DNA of 50,621 nucleotides from an uncultured Chloroflexota bacterium (GTDB lineage: Bacteria > Chloroflexota > UBA11872), in contig CAZFVB010000008.1 in NCBI GenBank assembly GCA_964522375.1, positions 1-50,621 of the forward strand. Reading direction: 5' to 3'. Each line of letters starts with the position of its first letter. Position 1 is the first letter of the stretch. The translations under genes and the position numbers were made by a program. Shown piece by piece: positions 10,494 through 20,777 of the stretch. The notes under the pieces were generated by a model. The model saw only the letters and a program-made list of their open reading frames with translations, ran no database searches and was not told the DNA's origin.

Positions 10494-10680
10494 CGTCCTC
10501 GCCCATCAAAACTACTGCAAACGCAGCCGTCGCGATTGAAACAGCCATTAGGCCGAGATATTGGATAAGACCCAGAGCACGCCCCATCGAAACCAAAAGA
10601 ACAAGACCTATCAATACAAGCGAGAGAACCAGAAACGAAACAATGGCGGGGTGGTCCCGAAGTTTGTGTACGCTACCCAT
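10477..10680 (-). CDS. Small two-TM membrane protein (67 aa)
   Basis: ATG with a GAGGT RBS, two hydrophobic helices, 3' end overlaps the rmlD start. Confidence 0.6.
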   Translation of the reverse strand: MGSVHKLRDHPAIVSFLVLSLVLIGLVLLVSMGRALGLIQYLGLMAVSIATAAFAVVLMGEDGEPDS

Positions 10681-10776
10681 AGCACCTCTACTTTATGCAC
10701 ATCCGCCAACCGAGCTCTAAGCGTTATCATAGCAATGCGGCATTCCAGTCCCATTTAGCTATATAAGGCAGTTCCA

Positions 10777-12120
10777 GTGTCGCCCACTTCAACTACAGCC
10801 CACCGAGTGTTTGTCTGGACCATTGGTTGCCAGATGAACCAGGCCGATACAGAGCGTATCCAGCGTGAACTTTTCACTGCAGGTCACTCCTCTGCGGACA
10901 CCTTGCAAGACGCAACCGCCGTTGTCGTGAACGGCTGTGCCGTCCGTGAGAACGCTGACCGCAAGGTATGGGGCATGCTCGGCATGCTCAAGGGGTTAAA
11001 AAAGAACAAGCCACACTTGGTGGTAGGACTAACCGGGTGCACTGTGCATGCTGCCGCAAGCGAATTGGAGCCCCACCTCCAACCGGTAGACGTGGCGTTC
11101 GACACTCTCAACGCCGAGCCTCTACTTTCCGCCCTTGCGAGAACTGCCCCCGCTGATTCGGACTTGTATGAAGATGTGGAGGCTCACAGGGACATTGCTG
11201 ATGGATCGCCATGCCGGTTCGTAAACGTCATATACGGCTGCGACAAACGTTGCACCTACTGCATTGTCCCCTTTAGACGGGGAGCTCAACGGAGTCGACC
11301 TATCGATGAGATCGTCCAAGAAATATGTCAGCTTCGAGACGCAGGAGCGCGAGAGATCACGCTCCTAGGTCAAATCGTCAACGCGTACGGAGAGGACATG
11401 GGCGGCAAGAGTTTTCCAGATCTCTTGGAAGCCGTTGATCTTATCGACGGTATCAAACGAATTCGCTTCACCACTGCCCATCCGCGTTACATGACCCGAC
11501 AGCTAGCGGAGGCAATTCGTGACATCCCGAGTGTTTGCGAAGAAATAAATCTTCCGGTTCAAGCCGGGCACGACGTAACGCTTAAGCGAATGGCTCGAGG
11601 GTACAGCGTAGGGTTTTATCGAGAAACCATCGACATGCTTCGTTCAGTAGTGCCAAACATCGCTCTGACGACCGATGTGATCGTTGGCTTCTGCGGTGAG
11701 ACCAAGAACCATTTTGAAGGCTCCTTGAAACTGATCAACGATCTTCAATTTGACCAGGTCCACGTCGCAGCCTTTTCAAAACGTCACGGCACTATTGCTG
11801 ATGGATGGGAGGATAACGTCCCGGCTGAAGAAAAAATGCGTCGACTCCACGAGGTCGAAAAAACCCAAACGGAAATAGCAGAAGATATAAATCGGCGATA
11901 CGTAGGGTCGACGACTGATGTCTTGCTAGAAGAACTCGTACCAAGCAAAGCCTCTATCAACGAACCCCGATGGCGTGGAAGAACCCGAACAAACAAGCTG
12001 GTTTTTCTACCCGACGCCGAAGGCCTTTTGCCTGGTAACACGCGGCCTATACATATTGTCTCGGCAACCCCGTGGTCACTCCGTGGCAACGCCACAGCTG
12101 CCACGACGGCCTCTCGATAG
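10777..12120 (+). CDS. miaB: tRNA-2-methylthio-N6-dimethylallyladenosine synthase (radical SAM methylthiotransferase)
   Basis: GCQMN, NGCAVRE and TGC in the N-domain; CDKRCTYC radical-SAM motif; C-terminal TRAM domain (GRTRTNKLV). Confidence 0.93.
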   Translation: MSPTSTTAHRVFVWTIGCQMNQADTERIQRELFTAGHSSADTLQDATAVVVNGCAVRENADRKVWGMLGMLKGLKKNKPHLVVGLTGCTVHAAASELEPHLQPVDVAFDTLNAEPLLSALARTAPADSDLYEDVEAHRDIADGSPCRFVNVIYGCDKRCTYCIVPFRRGAQRSRPIDEIVQEICQLRDAGAREITLLGQIVNAYGEDMGGKSFPDLLEAVDLIDGIKRIRFTTAHPRYMTRQLAEAIRDIPSVCEEINLPVQAGHDVTLKRMARGYSVGFYRETIDMLRSVVPNIALTTDVIVGFCGETKNHFEGSLKLINDLQFDQVHVAAFSKRHGTIADGWEDNVPAEEKMRRLHEVEKTQTEIAEDINRRYVGSTTDVLLEELVPSKASINEPRWRGRTRTNKLVFLPDAEGLLPGNTRPIHIVSATPWSLRGNATAATTASR

Positions 12121-12138
12121 ATATCTCGTTCGGTCGCC

Positions 12139-13914
12139 GTGCAAGTCTCTCGAAGACATTCGCTGGCAGTAATAACGACCAGCCTGGTAGCCATGGCCTG
12201 TGCTGATCATGAGCCCCTCCCCATTGAGCCACGCCCTCCCCACTATTGGGAGCCTGCTTTCAAGCTGGTCGCCGGCGCGATTAAAACTCTTCGCGCACTT
12301 GAAGTAAACACCAGATCACTCGACTCAAAAACACAATCTACAACCCAATATGTGAGTGCTATCACCGCTCAGTTCGATTCAATTGAACATCTTTCGCAAA
12401 ATTTGATCGCCTTGCCACCACCTCCAGATTCCAGAATCGGCCACCACCATCTAGCTGCTGCGATTGACGGCTTAGTCGACATCATCCGAACAACCAGAAG
12501 CTACAAGGAATCCAGAAAACCGGAACTCCTGGTCCACGTGATCACGTTGGCACAACGCTCTCGGGCATCCCTCATGAGCTTCGTTGACAACTTACACACG
12601 ACTTCTCCAGGGATCGCCAGCGCAGGCTTTCGGCAAATGCTTCTGGATCTTGGGGAATTCCAGATCAACCCACACAGGGTGCCCATGTTTGCAGTCTTTA
12701 TCGGCGAGTTTGCTGATGAAGTTGAAGCAAGAGCACGAATCGGATCACGGCTAGCAGAAATCCGTATGTCGCCAATGTACAACCAGTGGGTGGAGGGGAA
12801 CAGGTTTTCCACGATCGATGCGGCCAATGCCTCGGCTCAGGAATGGATCTCCGAGGGCTTTGAAGCAAGCATTGCAGAGGTTATCGATCTTGATCTGAAC
12901 CTAACGGAGATACGACCGCCTGCAACCGGATCATGGACAGAACGCTTATGGGCCCGCCAAACCGAATTCGAGATATCTGACCTCACTGCAGCAGATCATG
13001 GAGATCTTGTCATTGCAATCAGCCGAAGAGGTGATGTGGTGTCGTACGACATGCAAGGGCGCCCCCAATGGAACAACAACCTCGGAATACCGTTAGCCCA
13101 CGTTGCTATTGACCCGTCCGGATCCTTGATTGCGGCGTACGCGTTCGACCTTCTCCTGCTTAACCCAGATGGATCAAATGTGTGGCAAAGGCCCGTGGCG
13201 CTCGACAACAATCAAAAGCTTGAACAGGTGGTCTTTAGCAATGACGGAGCAACGCTTGTTGCCAGATCGACAAATGCGAGCGGTATGGGCCGCGTTTTCA
13301 AGGTCGATCGAACGGGCCGATTGTGGGGACCCACCAAAGACTATATTGCCGCACTCAGCGTAGCGATTGAACCCACTACGGGAATCATAGGCGTGGGATC
13401 ATCAAGAAAAGGGATTAACCAAGTAATCACCATTACTCCCGACGGCACTCTTAACCAAACATTTGGGGTAGATGGCAAACCGCACACGGTTCTCTTCGGA
13501 CAGAAGGGAAGCCACACTATAGTTGTGACAACCGATGGGATCCTGACATTCGACAGTTCGGGAGGCACCGTACTTCACCGCCTCGACTTCCCAACGACGC
13601 ACGCCTCCAAAATTCCTGGCTCAAGCACCATCCTGCTTGCCGGACACACAGGACTTGGTGCATTCCGCCCGGACGGCACGGAGGTGTGGGAAAAGATCCC
13701 TGTGGATGCCCAAGAGCTCGCTGTTACCAAGGACTACGTCATTGCCCAAACAGACGAGCTCACCTTCCAAGTGTTCCGGTCAGACGGGTCGAGGTTAGGG
13801 AAGCTTTCGATGTCGTCGCCGATTAAAGCCTTTACTTTGTCACGAACTAACAACCTCCTTATCACTGCCAATAGAGACAGAACGATAGAAGCATGGCAAC
13901 TGCCGGCCATCTAA
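12139..13914 (+). CDS. Putative Tat lipoprotein: helical domain, SPOR-like domain and PQQ/WD40-like beta-propeller
   Basis: SRRHSL...VAMAC signal; FAVFIGEFADEVEA...RFSTIDAA...GFEA SPOR-like pattern; repeated D.DG..VW blades. Confidence 0.65.
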   Translation: MQVSRRHSLAVITTSLVAMACADHEPLPIEPRPPHYWEPAFKLVAGAIKTLRALEVNTRSLDSKTQSTTQYVSAITAQFDSIEHLSQNLIALPPPPDSRIGHHHLAAAIDGLVDIIRTTRSYKESRKPELLVHVITLAQRSRASLMSFVDNLHTTSPGIASAGFRQMLLDLGEFQINPHRVPMFAVFIGEFADEVEARARIGSRLAEIRMSPMYNQWVEGNRFSTIDAANASAQEWISEGFEASIAEVIDLDLNLTEIRPPATGSWTERLWARQTEFEISDLTAADHGDLVIAISRRGDVVSYDMQGRPQWNNNLGIPLAHVAIDPSGSLIAAYAFDLLLLNPDGSNVWQRPVALDNNQKLEQVVFSNDGATLVARSTNASGMGRVFKVDRTGRLWGPTKDYIAALSVAIEPTTGIIGVGSSRKGINQVITITPDGTLNQTFGVDGKPHTVLFGQKGSHTIVVTTDGILTFDSSGGTVLHRLDFPTTHASKIPGSSTILLAGHTGLGAFRPDGTEVWEKIPVDAQELAVTKDYVIAQTDELTFQVFRSDGSRLGKLSMSSPIKAFTLSRTNNLLITANRDRTIEAWQLPAI

Positions 13915-13946
13915 AAGCCACCTGACGGAGGACTCGGATGTTACTG

Positions 13947-14660
13947 CTAGTCCTGTGCCAAATCGTTCCGGAGCTTAACCGCCGTCTCAAATGCAGCTAG
14001 CAGCTCCAGGAATCGACCTAAGGCACGAAACTCCACAGCATCCTGAAGCTCTACTGTCACAGCGGGCTGGGATGTAAGGCTGCTCAAGATTGCATCCTGA
14101 CTGCTGGCACCAGAGGCCCTCAAAGCTTTGACCAGCGCTGCATACCGTCCAGCAGCTTCTTTGGGCTCACGTAATACGTGAAGTGGTGGTGCTTCACGCA
14201 AAGCGTCTGCCATGCCACCGCTTGCTGCAACAACTCGCAAACGCGACACCTCTCCATTTAAGGCTTTGCCAGCCAGTACTCCCAGATATGAAATCGTTGG
14301 ATCAAGAATCCTCATAGAACTGTCAGACGAAGCTATAAACTTCTGGAGACTCCTGGTTCCCTCAGGCACAGCCACCATCAAGGCAACGCGTTGCAGTCGA
14401 ACCTGAGGCAGCGGTCTAGACTCAGAAGTCACGGCACGTGGCCTCGAAGGTGCCGTGACTTCACGTACCTCATAAAGATCTGGTCCATTCGCGTCTTCCA
14501 GCGTCTCTGAAACCAAACCGGAAACTGGGGAGGCCTCCAAAACGGAAGCCCCCTTTGAAGAAGAAGGCGATGCAAAAATCCATAGACCAATCGCTGCGAG
14601 AACGAGAAGACCAGTCGGGAACCAGACCCAAACCCGTCTACGTGTAAGCCATCTACTCAT
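13947..14660 (-). CDS. Hypothetical membrane-anchored protein
   Basis: Basic N-terminus (TRRR) followed by one TM helix. Probable start ATG 14660 overlapping the end of the YkgJ gene. Confidence 0.6.
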   Translation of the reverse strand: MSRWLTRRRVWVWFPTGLLVLAAIGLWIFASPSSSKGASVLEASPVSGLVSETLEDANGPDLYEVREVTAPSRPRAVTSESRPLPQVRLQRVALMVAVPEGTRSLQKFIASSDSSMRILDPTISYLGVLAGKALNGEVSRLRVVAASGGMADALREAPPLHVLREPKEAAGRYAALVKALRASGASSQDAILSSLTSQPAVTVELQDAVEFRALGRFLELLAAFETAVKLRNDLAQD

Positions 14661-15381
14661 CCCCATCATCGAAGGCCCAATATCCATCAACAACTGGAAA
14701 CATTGAGTTCGGAAGAACGCGATGCGTTGGCATACGCAACGTGTTGTCTGCAGCTCTATGGGACAGCACCCACACGGGAAGAATGTTCACCTCGTCAAGT
14801 CTTCCGTTCCCACGGTCGAGCACCGCCCGGTGATAACCCTGAAACACAGGGAGTTCAAGGTCTTCGTCCACGGCATCAGCACTTACCATCTGCTCCAGAA
14901 TCTTGTCGCAGTAATACGCGGAATCGGCAGTTCGCATCATGCGGCCATACGCACGACAAATCGATGGACGCGCTTCGTACACAGAACACCTACCGTCAAC
15001 AAGGAATGGGCAGGGAGTAGTCTGGTTCTCCAGAGCCAGATTAATGGTGTTCAAATAGGTCTTTGTGGAATCGTCCTGATCCTTCAATGCCATCCAGGCA
15101 GGAAGAGACGTGCGGTCATCCTCCAACATCTTCTCTGCGCGTTCGACAACCGATTGCTGCGCCGAATCATCCAAATGGTCAAGAATCCACCGATGCAAGA
15201 CCCCCCATTCGGCATACCCCACCAGCACCTGTTGATTGCAACAATCCGAACAACCCTCAACACAATGCATACACGCCGCGCTCGCGTCGACAACCGTCGT
15301 GAGACGATCTAGAAGCGGATATACAAAGCTTGGCCCCGTGTGCTCACCCAGGTCAGCAAACGCACGATCATAAGGATCCAT
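14653..15381 (-). CDS. YkgJ-family cysteine-cluster (CxxCxxCC, Zn/Fe-S chelating) protein
   Basis: CVEGCSDCC ... CPFL..GRCSVYEARPSICRAY. Confidence 0.85.
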   Translation of the reverse strand: MDPYDRAFADLGEHTGPSFVYPLLDRLTTVVDASAACMHCVEGCSDCCNQQVLVGYAEWGVLHRWILDHLDDSAQQSVVERAEKMLEDDRTSLPAWMALKDQDDSTKTYLNTINLALENQTTPCPFLVDGRCSVYEARPSICRAYGRMMRTADSAYYCDKILEQMVSADAVDEDLELPVFQGYHRAVLDRGNGRLDEVNILPVWVLSHRAADNTLRMPTHRVLPNSMFPVVDGYWAFDDGDE

Positions 15382-15471
15382 ACAACTATGCAGTTTCTGC
15401 CGGGATTAACATGCAGCACTCCGACCAAGCTACCAAGAGTCCCCGGGCAACCATGCTCAACCGGCTCCTTC

Positions 15472-15520
15472 TGCTATATTTCGAGGGATGGCCCGACGCA
15501 CACTGCGACGGGCCCCTTTT
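15472..15520 (+). promoter_or_regulatory. Putative extended -10 promoter followed by a GC-rich leader hairpin with U-tract
   Basis: TGCTATATT at 15472-15480; stem GGCCCG-A-CGCA/TGCG-A-CGGGCC at 15490-15514 followed by CCTTTT. Confidence 0.4.
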
Positions 15521-15549
15521 AATGCGAGAAACACACTACTCAAACACAT

Positions 15550-16749
15550 ATGACAAAAACCGTCATCCAACTCACCCCCGATAAGCACGACGAAGCTCTG
15601 GATCTCTTAGATCGTTGTTTCGAAGCATCCAGAGCCTGGTTCGAGACCCACCAAAAAGCTGATCCGAACTGGGACGTATCGCAACAGTTAGTAATTGAGG
15701 ATACCCAGGGACTCATTGGTCATATATGGATTGCCAACCGTGAGATGCGGTATGGGTCCGGCCTCATACCCATAGGTGGCATCGCAGATGTGGCTGTCCA
15801 CAGCGACCACCGCCACCAAGGAAATGCAGCAAATCTACTGGACGCAGCAATCGACTATATGGATACGAGTCAGCAGTCTCTTTCTCTTCTAAGCACCAGT
15901 TTCCCCGAGGTATATACAAAAAAGGGTTGGCACTGCATACCAACATCGCGAGTCGCAGCTGAATTCCCATCCGGCGACATCGAGTCGGCAGGCGGTCAGG
16001 TGGTAAGGCCATTCACGCCTGAGGATCTGCCTGACGTACAGGCCGCATACAACAGCCTGGCCGCTGATAGAGTCGGACCACTTACACGTAGTGACGAATA
16101 CTGGCTTGCAATGACCAATTGGTGGCCAAAAGGCAAGCTCGGGCTCGACATCTACTTTGACGTCCTGACCCACGTGAACACGGTAGTTGGATATTCACTC
16201 ACCGGACTTAACAATGAATCTTTTTACATTCTCGATGCTGGCATCGAATACGAAGACCTTGCACTGCCGCTATTAAATACATGGCGAACCCGCGCCCAAA
16301 AGCGTGGTGTTTCAAAAATATCTGGCTTGGTACACCCAAGCTCAGAAATCTTTAACTTCCTGCGCAAGAAAGCCTCCGCCGAGCTAGAAGAGTCCAACCA
16401 CTTGATGGTCCGACTAAACTCACTTCAGGGCGCCTTGATTGCAGCAACACCAGAATTGATTCGTAGAAGGCGCCGGGCAGCTCCGCTCCCAGGGCCCACC
16501 TTTGTGTTGGAAGTTGATGGCCACGCAGTACGTGTCGAAACACCTATGGCCGACGTAATAATCGGAGAACCCCGGGGTGAAGAACCCGTGGTCAAGATGA
16601 CAGCCAACCAGTTCCTCAACCTGTTCTTAGGAGTTGACGCCCGTCATGAAGGGCTTAAACAGATCAGTGCACCTCCTCATATTGAAGTTTATTTACAGCG
16701 ACTGTTCCCTGATTCACCGTTTTCATTCTGGATGGCCGACGGGTTTTAA
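15550..16749 (+). CDS. Eis-like GNAT acetyltransferase (tandem GNAT plus SCP2-like C-terminus)
   Basis: GGIADVAVHSDHRHQG.A acetyl-CoA motif, Y.K.GW, second GNAT (R...YW), C-terminal LFP...F.W..DGF. Confidence 0.82.
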   Translation: MTKTVIQLTPDKHDEALDLLDRCFEASRAWFETHQKADPNWDVSQQLVIEDTQGLIGHIWIANREMRYGSGLIPIGGIADVAVHSDHRHQGNAANLLDAAIDYMDTSQQSLSLLSTSFPEVYTKKGWHCIPTSRVAAEFPSGDIESAGGQVVRPFTPEDLPDVQAAYNSLAADRVGPLTRSDEYWLAMTNWWPKGKLGLDIYFDVLTHVNTVVGYSLTGLNNESFYILDAGIEYEDLALPLLNTWRTRAQKRGVSKISGLVHPSSEIFNFLRKKASAELEESNHLMVRLNSLQGALIAATPELIRRRRRAAPLPGPTFVLEVDGHAVRVETPMADVIIGEPRGEEPVVKMTANQFLNLFLGVDARHEGLKQISAPPHIEVYLQRLFPDSPFSFWMADGF

Positions 16750-16754
16750 CCGAA

Positions 16755-17261
16755 TCAATCCAAGGTCGGGATGCTAAACAACTCAAAGTTGTTTTTCGGT
16801 GAAGAACTGTCATCTTTAGGGACGTACGTGCTAAGACCAAGACCAGCAGGGTTGCCTTCTAGAATTCGAGTAGCCACCGCTGGAACCACACCAACAAATC
16901 GATCCGGGGCAGCCCTGAAATCATCAGCGCCAAAAACACCGACGACATCATTCTCGCAACCGTCCGATCTCAATTCCCCACGCACATACCTCATCGCAAA
17001 CACCAGGTAGGTGTTTAACTCTCCCTGATCCACGCGGTGCCGCACAGCTACAACTCTGCGTGGTGTTGCCACTAAACCAGTCTCCTCTTCAACCTCTCTG
17101 ACGAGGGCACCCTGAAGAGTTTCCCCAGGTTCAACCTTGCCACCAGGAAACATGAATAGGCCTTTGTGCCGACTGTAATTAAGCCGTACCAAGACGATCC
17201 CATCACCATATTCGAGAATGCCACCCACACCAATCACATTCCGGTGTGCCCTAGATGGCAT
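16755..17261 (-). CDS. NUDIX hydrolase
   Basis: Nudix box GGKVEPGETLQGALVREVEEETG. Confidence 0.9.
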   Translation of the reverse strand: MPSRAHRNVIGVGGILEYGDGIVLVRLNYSRHKGLFMFPGGKVEPGETLQGALVREVEEETGLVATPRRVVAVRHRVDQGELNTYLVFAMRYVRGELRSDGCENDVVGVFGADDFRAAPDRFVGVVPAVATRILEGNPAGLGLSTYVPKDDSSSPKNNFELFSIPTLD

Positions 17262-17352
17262 CGTAGCCCGTCAAGCCTCGCCTTCGCCGCCGCCCAGACC
17301 CCTCACCCAAACATCGCGAGTCCGTGTCACCAGTTGCAAACATGAACCACTG

Positions 17353-18141
17353 TTACTCGTCTAGAGACCGGATCAATGCAGCAGCCTCTTCAACCGCGAT
17401 ATGGAAGTACTGACGACCCAGTTCTTCGGTAGCAACCGAGGCGTCATCGCTGAGACCCGTGATCCGAGCACCCGGAAACGATCCATACCGGATGTCCGAC
17501 ACATTTGAACTGCGCGGGGGAAGAGGCGATAGCAGGCTCTGTGGAGTCCTGGGGTCATCCCGATCCGCATCCTTTACCGGAACCAGGTCCGATCGTACTA
17601 GTTCGGAATCGAGATGCAACATTAATGCCGTCTCAAAATCTCCTCCATGACCTGGCACATTTACCGGACGAGCAGCCTCCACAGCTTCAAGCCTCGGTCT
17701 GGCGATATCCCAGTAGGCCGCAGCGGCAACCCGAGCATCCGGATTCGCCAACACAAAGTCACGAGCGACCTGTTGAATAAGGAGAATATTGCCTCCATGG
17801 CCATTAAGAATCAGAATCCGGCGAAACCCGGACAACGCCAAGCTCTCAACCACCTCATACAACACTTGGCTAAACGTTCCGCTCCTCAGCGATAGCACAC
17901 CTGGAAACGGTCGGTGGTGATCAGAACTTCCAAAGTGCAACGGAGGACTCACAATCACATCAACTTCGCCTGCCGCCTCAGCAGCACCACGGGCCACTGC
18001 CATGCAACACATGGTGTCTAAGCCAACGGGATTATGAGGGCCGTGCTGCTCAATCGCAGCAGTTGGCATTACGGCGACTGCTGACGGAGCACGATCACCA
18101 ATCTCGTCACGATTAAGTCGCTCAAGGGCGGTGTATGCCAT
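17353..18141 (-). CDS. Creatininase/creatinine amidohydrolase family protein
   Basis: EQHGPH..D, S.HH..FPG, NGHGGN and GHGG.FET motifs. Confidence 0.9.
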   Translation of the reverse strand: MAYTALERLNRDEIGDRAPSAVAVMPTAAIEQHGPHNPVGLDTMCCMAVARGAAEAAGEVDVIVSPPLHFGSSDHHRPFPGVLSLRSGTFSQVLYEVVESLALSGFRRILILNGHGGNILLIQQVARDFVLANPDARVAAAAYWDIARPRLEAVEAARPVNVPGHGGDFETALMLHLDSELVRSDLVPVKDADRDDPRTPQSLLSPLPPRSSNVSDIRYGSFPGARITGLSDDASVATEELGRQYFHIAVEEAAALIRSLDE

Positions 18142-18251
18142 AACTGGACCTACATACAGACGGGACTCTAATCGTGCCTGCCTCGCTTAGACCACGCAAG
18201 ACCGTTCCATATGCTGGACCGTACAAACACGAACAGCCCCACAAAACATGC

Positions 18252-20777
18252 CTACGATTGAACGGCAGCCTCGCTAACCCCGTTAAGATCAGAAGGAGTC
18301 GCCATGTGCTCAACATCAAGGCTGACCTCAAAAGTGAACTCGTTCCCGGCAACATCGACGGTAACGAGGCAACCCGCCTTGCAATCTCCCTCGAGAAGCA
18401 TTCTGGCTATAACATTCTCAATCTCACGCTGAATTGTCCGGCGAAGCGGACGAGCCCCGTAATTGGGATCCCAGCCAATAGCCAGCACACGATCTTTTGC
18501 CGCTGTTGTCAACTCCACACCAATACCTTGATCACCAAGCCGCACAGCGAGCTGTGAAGCCATAAGGTCTACCACCTCACGCAGCTGCGGCTGCGTGAGC
18601 GAATGAAAGATGATGATTTCATCGATTCGATTTAGAAACTCCGGCCGAAACTGTTTTCTTAAATCAGTCATTAGACGCGACCTCATGTCACGATAGTCAC
18701 GTTCTTCAGCTTCTTCGTCGTCAGCAGCTACCACGCCAAATCCGAGTTGATTTTCACGACGGATATGCTGCGCGCCAACATTAGAGGTCATAATGATGAT
18801 CGTGTTCGAGAAGTTGACAGTCCGACCGTGCCCATCGGTCATCCGTCCATCGTCCAACGCCTGCAAAAGCACGTTGAACACTTCGGGGTGTGCTTTTTCA
18901 ATCTCGTCAAACAGAACCACTTGATACGGCCTACGCCGTATTTTTTCAGTTAGCTGAGCTGCGTCGTCATACCCAACATAACCCGGTGGGGCACCAATTA
19001 AACGGCTGACGGTGTGCCGCTCCCCATATTCCGACATGTCAACTCGAAGAATCGCCTCCTCATCGTCGAACATAAACTCTGCTAATGCCCGAGCCAATTC
19101 AGTCTTTCCCACTCCTGTTGGGCCCAGGAAAATAAAGGAGCCTATAGGTCGGGAGGGATCACCTATTCCGCTTCGTGAGCGTCGAATAGCATCAGCCACC
19201 GCGACTACGGCCTCATTCTGATTAACAATCCGACTGTGAAGCGCATCTTCCATGCCGAGCAAACGCTCAGCCTCTTCCATAAACATTCGAGTCGCTGGAA
19301 CACCGGTAATACTAGAAACGACCTCGGCGATATCTTCTGGGCCCACGACTTCGTCCAGCTCCTGTTCAGCAAGCCACTTCTTTCTGGCACTCTCAAGCTT
19401 TGACTCGTTCTGAAGAACTTCGGACTTCACCGTAGCTGCCCGTTCGTAATCACGTTGTCTCCATGCTTCTTCCTCCTCGGCCTTTAACTTTTCGATCACT
19501 TGCATCGCGTCACGCAACTCGGGAGGCGCATCAAAAATATCGACCCTGACTTTTGCAGAGGCCTCGTCGATCAGGTCAATGGCTTTATCTGGAAGAAACC
19601 GTTCTGTCAGATACCGGTCAGCAAGTTCGGCCGCGACCTGCAAGGCTTCGTCACTGATCTTGAGTTGGTGATGCAACTCATAGCGATCACGAATACCCGC
19701 CAACACCTGCACTGTCTCATCAACACTTGGGGCGTCCACGTAAACCGACTGAAATCTTCTGGCAAGAGCTTTGTCACGCTCAACGTGTTGACGGAATTCG
19801 TCCAACGTAGTCGCACCAATCGCTTGCAGTTCTCCGCGTGCTAGGGCTGGCTTCAACATAGTTGCTGCATCAATCGCGCCCTCAGCTGCTCCCGCTCCTA
19901 CAGCCTGATGCAGTTCATCAAAAAACAAGATGATCTGACCTTCTGCCGCACGAACCTCGTTGATCACCGCCTTTAAACGCTCCTCAAACTCTCCTCGAAA
20001 TTTAGATCCCGCCAACATGGCTCCCATATCTATGGACAGCACCTCACGTCCACGCAACAACTCAGGCACATCGTCGGCAGCAATCCGCTGGGCAAGACCT
20101 TCAACAATAGCCGTCTTGCCTACGCCCGGTTCTCCGATCAAGGCCGGATTATTCTTAGTGCGCCTCGCCAAGACCTGCACAACCCGCTTGATCTCCTTGT
20201 CTCGACCAATCACCGGATCGAGCTCATTACGGCGAGCCAAAGTGGTCAAGTTGACACTGTATTTTTCGAGTACCTCATAGCGACTTTCCGCGCTTGGAGT
20301 CGACGAGCGCTGTGCGCCACGAATCTCACGAAGCGCTTGGTACACCCCTTCTGCGTCAACGCCCATCGAGCGCAACACCCGCCCCGCTTCCGTAGTCTGA
20401 GATTTCGAGATCGCAAGAAGGAGGTGTTCATTTCCTACGTATTCGTCGCCCAATCGATCTGCTTCCTCTCCTGCCGCTTTCATGATCTCAACGGTCTGAG
20501 GCGTCACGAACATCTGTCCCTGCGCGACAGGACCTTCCTCCTGCTCCGAAACAAGTCGGGGTTTCGCACCAAGAATCCGAATGACTTCACCGCGCGCCAA
20601 ATCAGGCGACACGCGAAGTCGCTGCAAAATTCGAACAGCCAGCGAGTCGCTCTCGTCAAGCAACGCCAACAGCACATGCTCAGCATCCAGCTGATTGTGG
20701 TCACGTTCAAGCATGATCGACTGCGCTCGCTGAATAGATTCCTGAGCTTTTTCAGTAAATTTTTCAAAATTCATCAT
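18252..20777 (-). CDS. clpC: Hsp100/Clp ATPase, ClpC-type (short UVR-like M-domain, LGF loop)
   Basis: Clp N-repeats; two AAA+ modules ([16 protein letters not shown]); short M-domain [14 protein letters not shown]; NQLGFG loop in AAA2. Confidence 0.82.
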   Translation of the reverse strand: MMNFEKFTEKAQESIQRAQSIMLERDHNQLDAEHVLLALLDESDSLAVRILQRLRVSPDLARGEVIRILGAKPRLVSEQEEGPVAQGQMFVTPQTVEIMKAAGEEADRLGDEYVGNEHLLLAISKSQTTEAGRVLRSMGVDAEGVYQALREIRGAQRSSTPSAESRYEVLEKYSVNLTTLARRNELDPVIGRDKEIKRVVQVLARRTKNNPALIGEPGVGKTAIVEGLAQRIAADDVPELLRGREVLSIDMGAMLAGSKFRGEFEERLKAVINEVRAAEGQIILFFDELHQAVGAGAAEGAIDAATMLKPALARGELQAIGATTLDEFRQHVERDKALARRFQSVYVDAPSVDETVQVLAGIRDRYELHHQLKISDEALQVAAELADRYLTERFLPDKAIDLIDEASAKVRVDIFDAPPELRDAMQVIEKLKAEEEEAWRQRDYERAATVKSEVLQNESKLESARKKWLAEQELDEVVGPEDIAEVVSSITGVPATRMFMEEAERLLGMEDALHSRIVNQNEAVVAVADAIRRSRSGIGDPSRPIGSFIFLGPTGVGKTELARALAEFMFDDEEAILRVDMSEYGERHTVSRLIGAPPGYVGYDDAAQLTEKIRRRPYQVVLFDEIEKAHPEVFNVLLQALDDGRMTDGHGRTVNFSNTIIIMTSNVGAQHIRRENQLGFGVVAADDEEAEERDYRDMRSRLMTDLRKQFRPEFLNRIDEIIIFHSLTQPQLREVVDLMASQLAVRLGDQGIGVELTTAAKDRVLAIGWDPNYGARPLRRTIQREIENVIARMLLEGDCKAGCLVTVDVAGNEFTFEVSLDVEHMATPSDLNGVSEAAVQS

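Noticed and set aside
15484-15540. Fluoride riboswitch (GATGG...TAATG...CTAC words are present)
   Set aside because: The required pseudoknot complementarity and spacing are missing, and the downstream gene is not fluoride related.
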